NCBI GenBank assembly: GCA_002269645.1
Contig: NIVC01001308.1
Span: 62,001-126,000, forward strand
DNA: 64,000 nucleotides
From: Macrostomum lignano
Lineage: Eukaryota
Direction of reading: 5' to 3'
Below the pieces are notes generated by a model that saw nothing but the letters and a program-made list of their open reading frames with translations, did no database searches and was not told the origin of the DNA. How positions within the stretch are numbered: position 1 is the first letter of the stretch; each line of letters begins with the position of its first letter. This document shows, piece after piece, positions 25,593-38,800 of the stretch. The position numbers were made by a program, and so were the translations under genes.

Positions 25593-27809
25593 TTGTATAG
25601 TTTGACACTGCTGAGCAAAACAGCAAGATATAGGAGCCATGTGGCACAGTCGACCAAATGAGAAAGTGCTACGTCATGTACTTCAGGACGAGGATAGAGG
25701 CGCGAGAGGGTGTGCCAAGTGGAGCAACGCTTTGATAAATTTATACGAGTGCGCGTATAGCTATTATTATTAAATGAATAGTTTATTTTTGTAGATTAGA
25801 AATATTTACAGCAAGCCATTTAAGCATACTTTTTTACTAGTATACATATATTCTTAATATTCATTACATTAGCGTTAAAACAAATAATTGCACATTGTTA
25901 CTTTTCAAAAAAGCAATAAATACTTATGGAACATTTGTGACGATAAATTTGAAATTGTTTGCGGCAAGGTATCGGGACGGGTATAATAATTCAACATTTA
26001 ATTTTACAAGTTTTATATTAGTTACGCGACGCTTACCATTGTATTATATTTTATTACGCTCATATATTACAGTGGCTATAACACTTTAAGAAAACTAAGA
26101 CTTAATTGTCTTAATAGTTATATGTGCATTACGCTCGTATAACTAAGTGCCTAACAAAAGACAATAACTATATAATAAAAGGGTTTGTAAATAGTTTTAG
26201 TATTGTAACAAAACTTACATTAAAACAAAGAAAAGTCCATTTAATTTTTATAGCAATGTATGAAATAAAACTATTTGAGTAGCTTAAAAATGTCACACAG
26301 TTAAAAAGAGACAAGAGACAGAAGCCTTTACATGGAAATTCGCGAATTTATCGAAGTCTCATATGCAAATTGTATATAATCATTTCATAAATTTGGGTTT
26401 TTGTCTTCCAAGTTTAGTTGAAAGTGGTGCGCTAATTTTTTAGTCGCCCAGCTTCTTGTTAATGGCTGCAATGAATATTTCAGTCGGATTACATATAAAA
26501 TTCATCCGATTGCACAAAACCAAGAAATACCAAAATCTACAGATATCAGCTGGTACGAGTCTCAACAATAAAACAGAGATAAAGCACTATCCCAAGCTGT
26601 CCTGACTATAAAGCTGATTAAATATCCCCATAGCCAACTCACAATATTATAAACGCATCGACTCACGATCGTGTACAATCGTAAGTCCTTAACGATTTTC
26701 AAGCGTTTAAAGTTATTGTGTGCCTTAAAAATAACAGATTTGTTATAGTTTCATATAAAACTTGCTTCTTGCACCAAGCATTACAAGATCAACTATCATT
26801 ATAGTAAATATTCTACAAAGCTCTTTCAAACTTTTTTCATCTTGTCAGTTTAACCAGTAAACTACAAAATATAATAGGGACAAAATATATTTTAAGTTTT
26901 TATGCACTTTTCCTTTAAATTTTAAGTAGGAATTTCCTTGACAAGATCGAGATCGAATATTTATATGCTTTTGTGGTGATTGCTCTCGTGTCCAAATCCA
27001 ACCAATTCACTTGTTTCATGGATTAAAGAAACAAAAAATTAATGTATATAATTACCTTCAGCCAGCGGAATAAAAGCGTTAATCTCCACGGGCCATTGCT
27101 GGCCGATGGGCACGGTGCCAATGATCAGCTCGCACAGGTCCTTTTTCACAATAGTAAGAGTTCCTGCTGCTCGAAGCTGTGGCGTTGATTGGTTGGTAGC
27201 ATGATTGATCGATGGATTGTTGAATAATTATTGATTGATTAATTAATCGATTGTGCTAATGGAATGATTTTTAGTTGGCTTATTTATTTTAGTGCCTGCA
27301 TGATTGATTTTAGAGTTCATCGCTTGACAGTGCAAAGCAAAGTTAACAAAGACTCACTCTGAAAAAGTGGTTCAGGGTTATGTTGGTGCAGCCTTGCAGG
27401 TAGCTGCAGTTGACACCCCGCACCGGAAGCAGGTGGCTCAGCTGCATAGTCTGACCTGAAGCTAGCGGCGGCAAGCGCACAGTTGACGCTATCCGCCACC
27501 TTTGGCGACTTTTTCCACTTCCTTGGAATTCGCACAGCTTTCGATGATAAAATAGAAATTAAAACTGAATATATATAAATATATATATATAACTAAATAT
27601 ATTTCTCATCTACAAAAATAAACTATTCATTTAATAATAATAGCTACACGCGCACTCGTATAAATTTATCAAAGCGTTGCTCCACTTGGCACACCCTCGC
27701 GCCTCTATCCTCGTCCTGAAGTACATGACGTAGCACTTTCTCATTTGGTCGACTGTGCCACATGGCTCCTATATCTTACTGTTTTACTCAGCAGTGTCAA
27801 ACTATACAA
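25593..27809. repeat. Inverted pair of ~212-bp dispersed repeats (25593-25805 and 27599-27809)
   Basis: Near-identical reverse complements; no TSD seen. Confidence 0.85.
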
Positions 27810-29585
27810 CCAACCAACCCCAGTGCAATAAAATTCCACAACTCGCCAACACCATTGCGATAAAACTCCACACCTCACCAACCCCACTGCGATAAAACTC
27901 TACAGCACACCAACCCCATTACGATAAAACTCCACAGCCCGTATATTTTTTTTCTAGAACCAACGCAAGAAAGTCTAAGGCAAAACATTTACCTCCGCAA
28001 TTTCCATGGTAACCAAACGGAAGTCCACACTGCCTGCATTGCGCAGCTCCCCAGTAACTTGGATCTGCTCGCCAACGGCGAATCCGCGCTTGTTTAGTCG
28101 GACTCGAACCTCAGCTTTGCCCATGCCTCGATTAAGAAAAGCGCTACAGGAGACTCTGGTGCGCTCCTGACTCTCGGATTCGTAGGGAGTAATCAACGAT
28201 GGCGCAATCACGTTCAAGTCCAAGTCGCGAATTATGATTATCCTTTTAAAGAATCTCTCGTCGACGTCTGCTGTGCGTCGCATTTTTGCTTTGATCGAGT
28301 AGATAACATTGTTTTGCGAGTCGTACACGAAGCTGGCAGCGATGTTAGCGGGCAGGTCGACAGACAATGGGTAGAAATATTCTCCGGGTGGATGAAAACT
28401 CTGACTTGCATCCGGAGGAGCTAAACGTTGCGAATGGAATATTTTCATATGGTGAGGTGACAGGACACTACAGTTACAAAAAGACACTACAGTGACAGAG
28501 GGACACTACTGTGACAGAGGGACACTACGTTGACAGAGGGACACTACTGTGACAGATGGACACTACGGTGACAGAGGGACACTACTGTGACAGAGGTGAC
28601 ACTACTGTGACAGAGGGACACCACTGTGACAGAGGGACACCACTGTGACAGAGGTGACAGATGGACACTACGGTGATATAGGGACACTACTGTGACAGAG
28701 GGACACTACGGTGACAGAGGGACACTACTGTGACAGAGGTGACAGAGGGACACTACGGTGACAGAGGGACACTACTGTGACAGAGGGACGCTACTGTGAC
28801 AGAGGGACACTGTGACAGAGGGACACTGTGACAGAGGGACACTACGGTAACAGAGGGACACTACTGTGACAGATGGACGCTACTGTGACAGAGGGACACT
28901 GTGACAGATGGACACTACGGTAACAGAGGGACGCTACTGTGACAGATAGGCACTAATTTTGTAAAAAAAACGGTGTCAATGAGAAAGGATGACTAAGGCA
29001 CCACAGCTGAGCAAAAATATTCTCACCAAATACAGGCAGCTCCATTTCCATCATGGTTTCAGTCGATGAATATTTAGATCTTTTTCCCTTGCTCCAGTAG
29101 ACTTTGGACTTGCCCTTAATTTTCACGACAATATCTGCAAGTGCAACAGGGGTTTGAGCAACCAACTAAAGGGTACTAATTTTGGTTTCTATTTGTGAAA
29201 GTAAAGTGAAATATATATTATTCCTCAAATCATAACAAGACAGTCACTAAGAAGACATTTCTGAGTGCTGGCAACAGGTCTCCGAGGTTCCGTTACAGAT
29301 GTCCACTGTCCCAAACAATACTCTAACTCAGGGCGGTCCTTGGAAACTTCACAATAGCAATCCGCCCGCTCAATGTTTACATCTCTTCCCACCGCTCTTC
29401 TTTCTAATCTTCTCTCTCCTCTCTCCTCTCTTCTCTTCTATTCCCAGTGACTCACTTTCGCACTCGGTAGGCTGCTGGCAATAAACCCTGACTTTGAGTT
29501 GAACTGTCTGACCAGCTCGATAGATGGCGTGCGGATTCGAGTTGGCATCGTCGAAAATAATTTGCAGAATTTCTGATTCGCTCAT
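27056..29585 (-). CDS. Alpha-arrestin paralog B (exons 1-5 open; final exon not resolved)
   Basis: Exons 29456-29585, 29027-29134, 27993-28420, 27358-27537 and 27056-27176 join in frame with the same intron phases as paralog A. Motifs HPPGEYFYPL, KRGFAVGE, ELIIGTVP. Confidence 0.8.
28485..28950. repeat. ~19-bp minisatellite (GACAGAGGGACACTACTGT)n in arrestin B intron 2
   Basis: Directly visible tandem array. Confidence 0.93.
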
Positions 29586-30239
29586 AGCCTCTGCTGTTAG
29601 AAGGAAAATTGCTCCGACAGAAATCGTGCTCGGTGAGACTATAGAAATTTCTGACAAAACTTAGTGCTGGGAGGGAGTCGGGACATGGAGGTGAAGAGTG
29701 AGGAATATATTACAAGGTTTATGTAGGGGACAGCGTACGCTGTCCTGTACACTTCCCTGGAGAAATTGGGGTACGAAAAACAGTGTAAAAGCTGGAAATG
29801 TATGCGCGCTATGTAGCAGGGGCGGCTGGCCCAGCTTGTACATTAAGGAGGAATCTTGTGGGGCGGCAGCACTGTACAGTGCAGAAGTTTCTCGGGGTTA
29901 AGAAAGAATGTCGGTGTTACGGCCATGCAACTACCCGGTAATTGCCGGTAATATGCAACTAAGGGATAAATAAATTTATTTTATGTTTAAACAATAGCTA
30001 AGCCTTAATTTAAGCAAGTAAGTGTGAAACGAAACGGTCTATGAAACGTTCAAACGGTAAATAAACATTAAATAAAACGAAGCAAAAGATGGAAAGAGGA
30101 GTAGACTCTATAAAGCCTTCCCCATATAGCGCTGGATCTTTTAAGATGCAATTTTAATTCCTAAAGGCGCAACCTGCCTTTTCTCCTATCGCGAACTTGA
30201 CTTCAACAAAAATGCCCCTTTTCCAAAGCTTTCAATTTA

Positions 30240-30490
30240 ATTTTCTGAAGCGCCAAGTTTTCTGAAGCGTCAAGTCTCCTGAAGCGTCAAGTTTTCTGAA
30301 GCGTCAAGTCTCCTAAAGCGTCAAGTTTTCTGAAGCGTCAAGTTTTCTGAAGCGTCAACTTTCCTGAAGCGTCAAGTTTTCTGAAGCGTCAAGTTTTCTG
30401 AAGCGTCAAGTCTCCTGAAGCATCAAGTTTCCTGAAGCGTCAAGTTTTCTGAAGCGTCAAGTTTTCTGAAGCGTCAAGTTTCCTGAAGGG
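30240..30490. repeat. 17-bp minisatellite (CTGAAGCGTCAAGTTTT)n
   Basis: About 14 copies. Confidence 0.93.
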
Positions 30491-30975
30491 TTAAGTAAAA
30501 GCGCCCCTTCCTAAAGCGAAAAAACGTCTACGAGTATCTTGCTTACCCTCTTCTTCAAAAGGTGCCCCTCTAACAAAACGCCTAAGTTATTTGAAAACTG
30601 TTCCTCCATGTAGTCTTACTTTTAAATCTGCCCTAAAAGTAGAGACAGAGAGCGCCGTGAATATTTAAGAACGGTGCATTTTTTTATCTTCACAACCCTT
30701 GTTATGTCCTCTTCTTCTGCTTCTATACCGACTATTGCCTCCAGGCTACCATCTGACATCAAAGTCAAGTCGAAGAAGCATTATTTAAAATACGAGCTGT
30801 TCACAAGCTTTATTTGCCTCTAGACGGCGCACGTCTTGTTTTTCCTTTGTAATACTGTTAGCCTTCAGCTCTTAAAGAAATAAAAGATTGTACCCTAGAC
30901 TATAGACAAAAGAAGAGAAGCATTAGTGCATTTGCTAAACCAAAAGTCCATACACAACATTCCCCCCTTTGTCAA

Positions 30976-33900
30976 TTAATATCTCAACCGGTCCGGTTTC
31001 TGCAATTTGTCTCTGTCCCTTAGTCGTCTAGGTTCTTTAGCCGATGTGTCAGTGCTCTTGCCACGAGTTCCGTCTGTGTCGGTTGTCTGTGGTTCGTCTT
31101 GCACGGGCACGCTTTGGGCTGCTGGATTTGAAATGTCCTCACTCTGCATTTGCTCACGAGCCAAGTCAGTCTGATCGTCCTGATGCCTCTTCATGATTGG
31201 TGGAATTCGGGTGGGAAGAACGTCTGTCTTGATAATTTGATCAACGTGCCTCTTCCAGATTTGACCGTTGACCTGCAGTCTGTAAGACATTGGTCCTGTG
31301 CGGGTGACCACCTCGGCAGGAATCCATCTGTTCTCTTTCTCCCTTCTGAAATCAAGCGTCAGAACTTTTTCTCCCTCCTGGAACTCCCTCGGCGACGCTC
31401 CTCTATGGCTTTGTCGTTCGGTCACATCAGTCTGCTTATCCAGTACTTTTGTGTAGGTGTCCGGCCTAAGAAAGTCCAATTGAGTCCGGCGCTTGTAGCA
31501 CAGCATCATTTCAGCTGGCGTCCTACCAGTTGTAGAGTGAGGTGTACTTCTGTATCTGAACAAGAAGTTCTGCATACTCAGTATTGGGTCTCCATGCGTT
31601 TTGATTCCGGCTTTAATAGCAGACTTCGCAGTCTGGACCATCCTTTCGCTAAGTCCATTAGTACGCGGATGTCCAACAGCCGTTAAAATTTGACGAATAT
31701 TATTTCGCTTCAAAAACGCACGAAACTCAGATGAGCAGAACTGACTGCCGTTGTCGCTTAAGACTTGCTGAGGAATTCCGAACCTTGTGAAAGTATCTCG
31801 CAGGCACTCAATTGTCTTACTTGTAGTCGCATGTTTCATAGGAAAAATCTCGACCCATTTGCTAGTTGCGTCGACAATGATAAGCCAGAAATATCCGTGA
31901 AATGGTCCCATGTAGTCCAGCTGGATTCTTGTCCATGGCTTCTCTGGCCAAACAAGAGGTTGTACAGGTGCCTGTGCAGGTAAATTTCTTTGCAGCTGGC
32001 AACCTTCACAGCTTCGGACTAGGTCTTCGATGGCACTATCGATTCCAGGGAACCAAACATGCAGCCTAGCGATAGACTTCATAGCAACTATTCCAGGGTG
32101 TCCGTCGTGAAGCAACTCCAGAACCATTCGTTGCACACTCCTTGGAATAACGACGCGCAGTCCCCAGAAAATCACTCCTTGCTCGATACAAAGCTCATTT
32201 CTTTTACGAAAATACTGTTCCAAACCTGGCTCACTTGTTTCTGGCCAGCCGTTTTGGCAGTAGTGAACGACTTTTCGAAGTTCTGCGTCCTTCCGTGTCG
32301 CGGTTCTAATCGTCTCTGCCGTGATCGGTAGCATCTCAAGTCTGACTTCCAGAATTTTGTCACATGAGATGTTCTTGGCTCGATCTGGTAAGCGTGAAAG
32401 CGCGTCCGCATTTGAATGGTCCTCTGTCCTTCGAAATTTGATTGTGTATTGGTGGGCGGACAGAAGTACGGCCCAACGCTGAAGACGACTTGCTGCGATG
32501 CTAGGGATATCCTTTTTGTCTCCAAAGATGGTTAGGAGCGGCTTATGGTCCGTCACAAGCACGAAATGATGTCCAAACAGGTACTGGTGGAACCTTTTTA
32601 CTCCGAATACTATGGCCAGCGCTTCCTTCTCCAACTGCGAGTAGTTAATCTCCGGCTTTGATAGCGTCCTCGAAGCATAGGCAACTGGCCTTTCATCACC
32701 ATTCGGCATCACGTGCGAGATGACACATCCGATTCCATACTTTGAAGCATCCGTTTGTAGAACGAGCTGCTTCTTCGGATCGAAATGCGCTAGCACTCGG
32801 TCAGATGTCAGCGTTTTCTTCACCCTGTCAAATGCAGCGTTGCACTCCTCACTCCAGCGAAACTCCGATTCCTTGCACAACAGTCGATTGAGCGGTACCA
32901 GAATCGACGACAGATTCGGGATGAACTTCGCGTAGTAGGTTATCATTCCAATTAGAGAGCGAACTTCGGTTGCATTTGTTGGTGCCGGTGCATTGTGAAT
33001 TGCCTCAACTTTCTCGTTTGATGGGTGAAGTCCATTTTCGTCAATAACGTATCCGAGGAATGCAATCTTGTTGAGACGAAATTCACACTTCTTTCTGTTT
33101 AAATGCACGCCATAATCTGAAAGGCGCTCCAACACGGCGTTCAACCTATTATCGTGGTCTTCCAGACTGGTTCCAGACACCAGAATATCATCTATGTATA
33201 CAACGACGTCCAGGCCCTGCAGTATTTTCTCCATGGCCTCCTGAAACTGAGCCGGTGCGGATGCCAGTCCCATTGTGAGTCGGTTATATTGAAACAGACC
33301 GAGATGAGTGTTGATAGTGGTAAACCTTCTACAGGATTCTTCCAACTCAAGCTGCAGGAATGCTTGCGAGATGTCCAGTTTGGTAAAATATTTCCCGCCA
33401 TTTAATGTTGCAAAAATTTCTTCTGGTCGTGGCAGAGGATACTTATCGACCTCTAACTGTGGATTGACTGTCCTTTTAAAGTCAGCGCAAATTCTCACTG
33501 ATTTTCCATCGCGCTTGAGAACAGGAACGATTGGCGATGCGAAATCCGATGCCTTCACCTTCGTGATGATTCCTTGGGCTTGCAAACTCTTGAGCTCGTC
33601 CTCAATGAGACCCTTGATTGCAAATGGAACTGGCCGACTTTTGAAATACTTTGGTATTGAATTCTCCTTCAGCACTATATTAGCCTTCAATCCTTTAATG
33701 GTTCCCAATGTCTCAGCAAACACTTGCTCATGCCTCCTTACCAATAGATCCATAGGCTGGACTAATGTGGTCACGTTCACACTCGCAAACTTGTCCCAGT
33801 CAATCTTGATCTTAGAAAGCCAGTCGCGTCCAAGCAGATTTACTCGTTCTCCTGTGACAATCAGTACAGGCAATTGGTAAAGCCTGACGTTGTGGCTAAC

Positions 33901-34280
33901 CACGTCGATTGTTGCTTCACCTAATACTGGGATTGAGTGATCCGTGTAGCTGGACAACCTTACGGTAGTCCTTGAAAGCTTCAGGCCTAGTTGCTTGCTG
34001 GTCTTCTCGTTGATCAGGGTTTTATCCGCACCAGTATCCACTTGAAATCTTACAGCTTTTCCGTTCAGTTCCAGTTCGCACTCGTATGGTGGAGAAGTGA
34101 CATGCGCGACCTGTCCAGTCGAGCACACTGTCCTGACTTCAAAGCACTCCCTGTGGTGTCCCTGACTCGTACAGTTTGAGTCCCTGCTGTGTGAGCTGGT
34201 TGAACTAGCTTTGTCCTGTGCATAGTGCACTCTGCCGTGTCTCTTATGTCTGGACGAGCTGAGTTTCTTTTGCTTTCCAC
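30976..34280 (-). CDS. pol: Outer element pol portion (protease, RT, RNase H, integrase)
   Basis: FQVDTGAD protease, YIDDIL RT, QTDASKYG RNase H, HHCC zinc finger and D-D-E integrase, with no internal stops. In frame with gag once the nested insert is removed. Confidence 0.95.
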
Positions 34281-34492
34281 TGTAGAGTGTTCTACCGCCC
34301 GTTAAAAAAGGTAAAAAGAAGATAATCGTATAATGCTACTATAAGTAAGTAAGTACACGCATGTACGCCTAAGTTTTGAATGAATCACGCTACCAGAAAA
34401 AGATGTTACCAAAATGATACGCAATAAGCCATTTCCCCTTTTAGCGCAACACGTGAATTGTCATGATACTATTTTGGATCAAAAAACTTGCC

Positions 34493-34498
34493 TATAAA
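34493..34498 (+). promoter_or_regulatory. LTR TATA box of the inner element
   Basis: CTATAAATACAAGCG, conserved in the related solo LTR at 49466-50297 and largely in the 47890 copy. Confidence 0.65.
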
Positions 34499-35856
34499 TA
34501 CAAGCGATCTGAAGCGGTACCGGAGCCATTCTCCCCACGGAAGAGGAGCGCTCCGAAGAGGAAGCCTTAGGAGGACTTCCTGATATACCAAGTCAAACGA
34601 GACTCGGTCGAGTTGTTGCGGTAAGCCTTCCTTATTTGCGCCCGTTGTGTTAGAGACGTCTCGCTCAAGTCTCTTGAGACTTGAGTCTATTTGAGTCTGT
34701 TGAGACTCTTGAGTCTGTTTAGACTCCATTGGTTGCAGTCTCCAGAAGGACTGCCCCTGATAGATCTTAGAGGACTATCAGTGGTTTCCGGAGCTATACC
34801 TAGAGTGCATAGAGGCACTGCTAGAAGAAGGAGGCTTAATTCAAACCGCTGTTCGGCGCAGGGTACCCATTGTTGCTACGAGGCCTCTGATTGGTCCTGA
34901 CGGAAGATACCGGCCGGAAGAAATTATCGGAAGTACAAGAGGAACCAGGACCAGAGCAACTGAAGAATCAAGGCGCCTGATCTACGAGATCTACTGACGA
35001 GTTCCTAGCGAGTACTACTCAAGAAATTCAAATCCGGATTAAAGGTAATTAAATACCTTCGTTTGACTTACTGGGTTGCCTAGCTGTTGAGCTAGAAGTG
35101 AGTGTTCTTTGATTACCAAAAGTCGTGTAATAAGGAACACATCAATTGGTGATCTCGCCCTCTCGGCACTACTCAAACTTTGAGCAATAGCCCTGATCAA
35201 GCTATTGTAAAGTGACGAAAGAGCGACTTCATTAATTTTGCGCGCACGTGTTAACACTTTTCAAGTCCGTTACGTTTTGAAACTCGAGTAAAAATTTTTG
35301 GTGAACAGGTTTGAGCATCTGTCAATTTTGAGTACAGTTTGAGCACGCGTGTTAAATTTTGTTTTAACGAGCTCGAGCAAGTGTGAGTTTAAAACAAAAC
35401 CGAAACTAACTTCGTCGGTACACTGAAAACAAACCGAAAATAAAAGAATCGTCGACGCAAAACAAACAGAAAATAACTGAAACATTTGCCGGCACAAAAA
35501 CTAAAACAAAACCGAAATTAATTGAAACTTCGTGAAGAGCGGAGTTAATTGACAAAAGAAGGAAAGTCAAAGAAGAGAAAAAAGCCTTTGCAAAGCAAGA
35601 AGACAAAGTCCACTTCAACTTGAAGATACACTTTGCGGGACGCCGCATAAGTGCGAAATCAGCAAGCGAACAGAACAAGTTCATTTGAGGACAACCAGTG
35701 GCAGCAAGCCACACTGCATTCGAAGCCAGCGAATAACAAATCGACACCACAAGACAATTCGTTACAGTCGAGGTTTATTCCGAGGCAAACACCACACTGG
35801 ACGATCCGTTACAAATCGATCCAGATCTTGAACTACCGTTCTACCCTATCAACAAC

Positions 35857-38800
35857 ATGGCGCGGCGCAATCCAACGGTACACAGAGACATCAAAGAAAC
35901 GGTCGGTACTTTCTCGATGGAGAAAGATTTTAACACATTTGTCGACCATTTTGACCTGGTATGTAGGGAATACAACCTACAAAATCCAGAGAAGGCACAG
36001 CTGCTGCCACCTCTTCTCCAAGGTACTGCGCGAGAAATTTACGGCAAGCTGGATGCGGCAACACAGCAAAATTATCCAGCACTAATCATTCAACTGCGCG
36101 CGCATTTCAACCGTTGCGGCACAAACAGATCAGTGCTGCTGCACAAGTTACATAACAGAAGGATGCAAGCAACAGAATCCTTCCTCGCCTTTGTGGACGA
36201 TATCCGCCAGATAATTAAGGCACTGCATCAGCCACCGCTGCAAGCTGCGGACCAACCGCCACTGGGAGCGGCAGAATTGGCCGCCAGAGAAAGACAACGA
36301 TTGATGGATCGTGAACAAAACCTCATCCTGCACGTAATAAACAACGCACAGCCGTCACTTCGGGATAGACTTTTGCGTGAAAATATCGAAACCGAAGAAG
36401 ACCTTTTGCGTTGCGGAATGCAGTGGGAAGCAAGCGCTCCACTAATGACAACCGGCAACAATGAAGTGCAGAAACTGACACAGCAACTAAACAAGCTGAT
36501 GCAACATCAAACAGCCGTTATCGCCGAACAAAAAAGACGAAACGAACAAGCCTCAGCCAGATGTTACTACTGCGGACAAGAAGGACATTATCAGATTAAT
36601 TGTCCTCATTGGTCAACAAGATACGACAAATCACGACAGATATTCAACAATCAGAAGCCGCAGAAACCATGGCAGCAATATCAAAATCGCCAACAACAAG
36701 GCATAAGACGCTTCGGAAATGATAGACGCTTCGGAAATAATGACCGCTCCGGAAATAATGGCCGCTTCGGAAACGAAGGCCGCTTCAGAAATAATGGCTA
36801 CAGACCGCGAAACGCCAGATACATGCCCAAGCAACCAACGCAAGCGATGCAACGATACGCGAATGCCATCACGTACACACCGGAAAATGAGCAGCAGGAA
36901 CAGCAAGTGTTCACAATTGACGACTTGGAAATGGACTTCACAGTCCCGGAACTTGACATCAGCTTGATCGAAAAGAAGACGACGCACGAGGACAACACTG
37001 ACAACACAGAAGAGGCGAATGAAACCGAAATGATCAAATTAAAAGAGACCACCGGAGACAGCAGAGAAAACAGGAAGAAAGTAAACCACAAGAAAAGGGA
37101 GGAGACGGAGAGCGACACCGGCAACGAAGAAAAGATAAAGACTGGCAGAGAAAACAACTATGAATCGACAACAGTGGATGACGACAAAACAAGCACAAAA
37201 GACAAAGAAATGAAGGAAGAAGAAGAATGTATAAGTTACGGCAACGATCACGACTGCGACGTGCATGATGACACGAACGGATACCGAGCCGAAGAAGGAA
37301 TGCAGGAAGAACTGAGAGCGGAAAATCTAAGCTCCGACAGCGATCAAGGCTACGAAATCCAATGGAAAGATGAAGAAATGGAAAAAGAACAGATAAAAGA
37401 AAAGCCGAGTTCCGACAGCGACGAATGCTACGAGATCCGATACAAACGAAACGGTGAAGCCTATATTCAAACGGTCGACTACAAGGCAGAAAAAAGATAC
37501 CAAACGCAATGGAGTGAAACAACGGAAACATCGGAAGAAGCTGCAGACGAAGATACTGAAATAACCAAAGAGCAAAGCAAATCAGAAGCCTTCCGCCTGA
37601 ATCAGCCAATGGAACAACCGAAAGAATACGATGCGGACATGGAGGATAACGAATGGCAATCGCGGCCAATGCCAGCAAAGACAACGGCAAGGTCCAAGAA
37701 GTGGAAAAACTGGCTATACTGGATCATCGTGATACTACTGATAGCAGTAGTCGCCAAAGCAACGGCAACGGAAAAGCCAATGATTTGTCCAACGGAGGCG
37801 CATATCCAACCGATGATCTACAAGATACCAACCGACATCAAATGCAGCTACTTCAAGACAAACCAGACGAAGCCAAAGAAGATTACACTCGATCTCTACA
37901 AGGCTAACATCAAGAAGCATCGACAACTCGGAATAGTGTGCTTTAGAGACAAGCACCTAGTGGAAAAAGTTTGGCGAGGACAATGGAACAGAATTCGATT
38001 TTGGCAACACGAACTACATGTGTCGCACGCTGAATGTCTACAATGGAACCAAACACTGTTCTCAAAGGATGGTCAGCTAGAACCGGATGAGAAAGTGGGG
38101 GAGGCACAACTTTACCGAACAAAGAACTCAGCAAACGGACGATATGTACACTTTTCGGAAACATGGACTAACTACATGACACGAAACAGTTACCTAATCA
38201 GGAATATTCCATTCTACCACAATCCTTTTGAAAAAATGGAGTCGCTACAACTGCAATTAAGCGACTGCCGATACAGCAAAGGATGGTGTCCAACGCCGAT
38301 ACTGCGGAATGAGGAACTATACAGCTTACCGTTGAGTCCAACATATCATCAAGACTATCGATGGCAAATTATACGCAGAGGCGACTCACGATATGAAGAA
38401 CCATCTAAGTCACGACAATACTTCCTCGCGTGGGAAGTTGGGCCGGAAATTGACTGCAAGCTGCAAAAGTATCACACAGTTGAAGGAGGTCTACTGTCAA
38501 ATACGTTTTTGGCAAAGTCAGGAGACTTGGCACTGACGTTTCAAAAGAAACCAGTCGAGCAAAAACTGAAATGCAAGGATACAGACAAGACACTATTCAT
38601 CTCGGAACAAGAGATACCAGTCTACGTAAAAGATGACGACAAACAAACCTTTCTGGCAATCATCAACGGAACGTATCAACAGCAGGAACAACAGAACAGA
38701 CGACGACGTGACATCGAACGTCCCAAACTGGTATCAAACCGACTACTGTCAGCAAAGATAACGGCTTTGGATCACAATCTACACAACCAGTTAAACCACT

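Noticed and set aside
34469-34900. 86-aa antisense ORF and 69-aa Arg-rich sense ORF (RVHRGTARRRRL, Rev/Tat-like) inside the LTR
   Set aside because: The antisense ORF has an early stop in the 47.9-kb solo LTR. The sense ORF lacks an ATG, and frame conservation among the three LTR variants is inconsistent.
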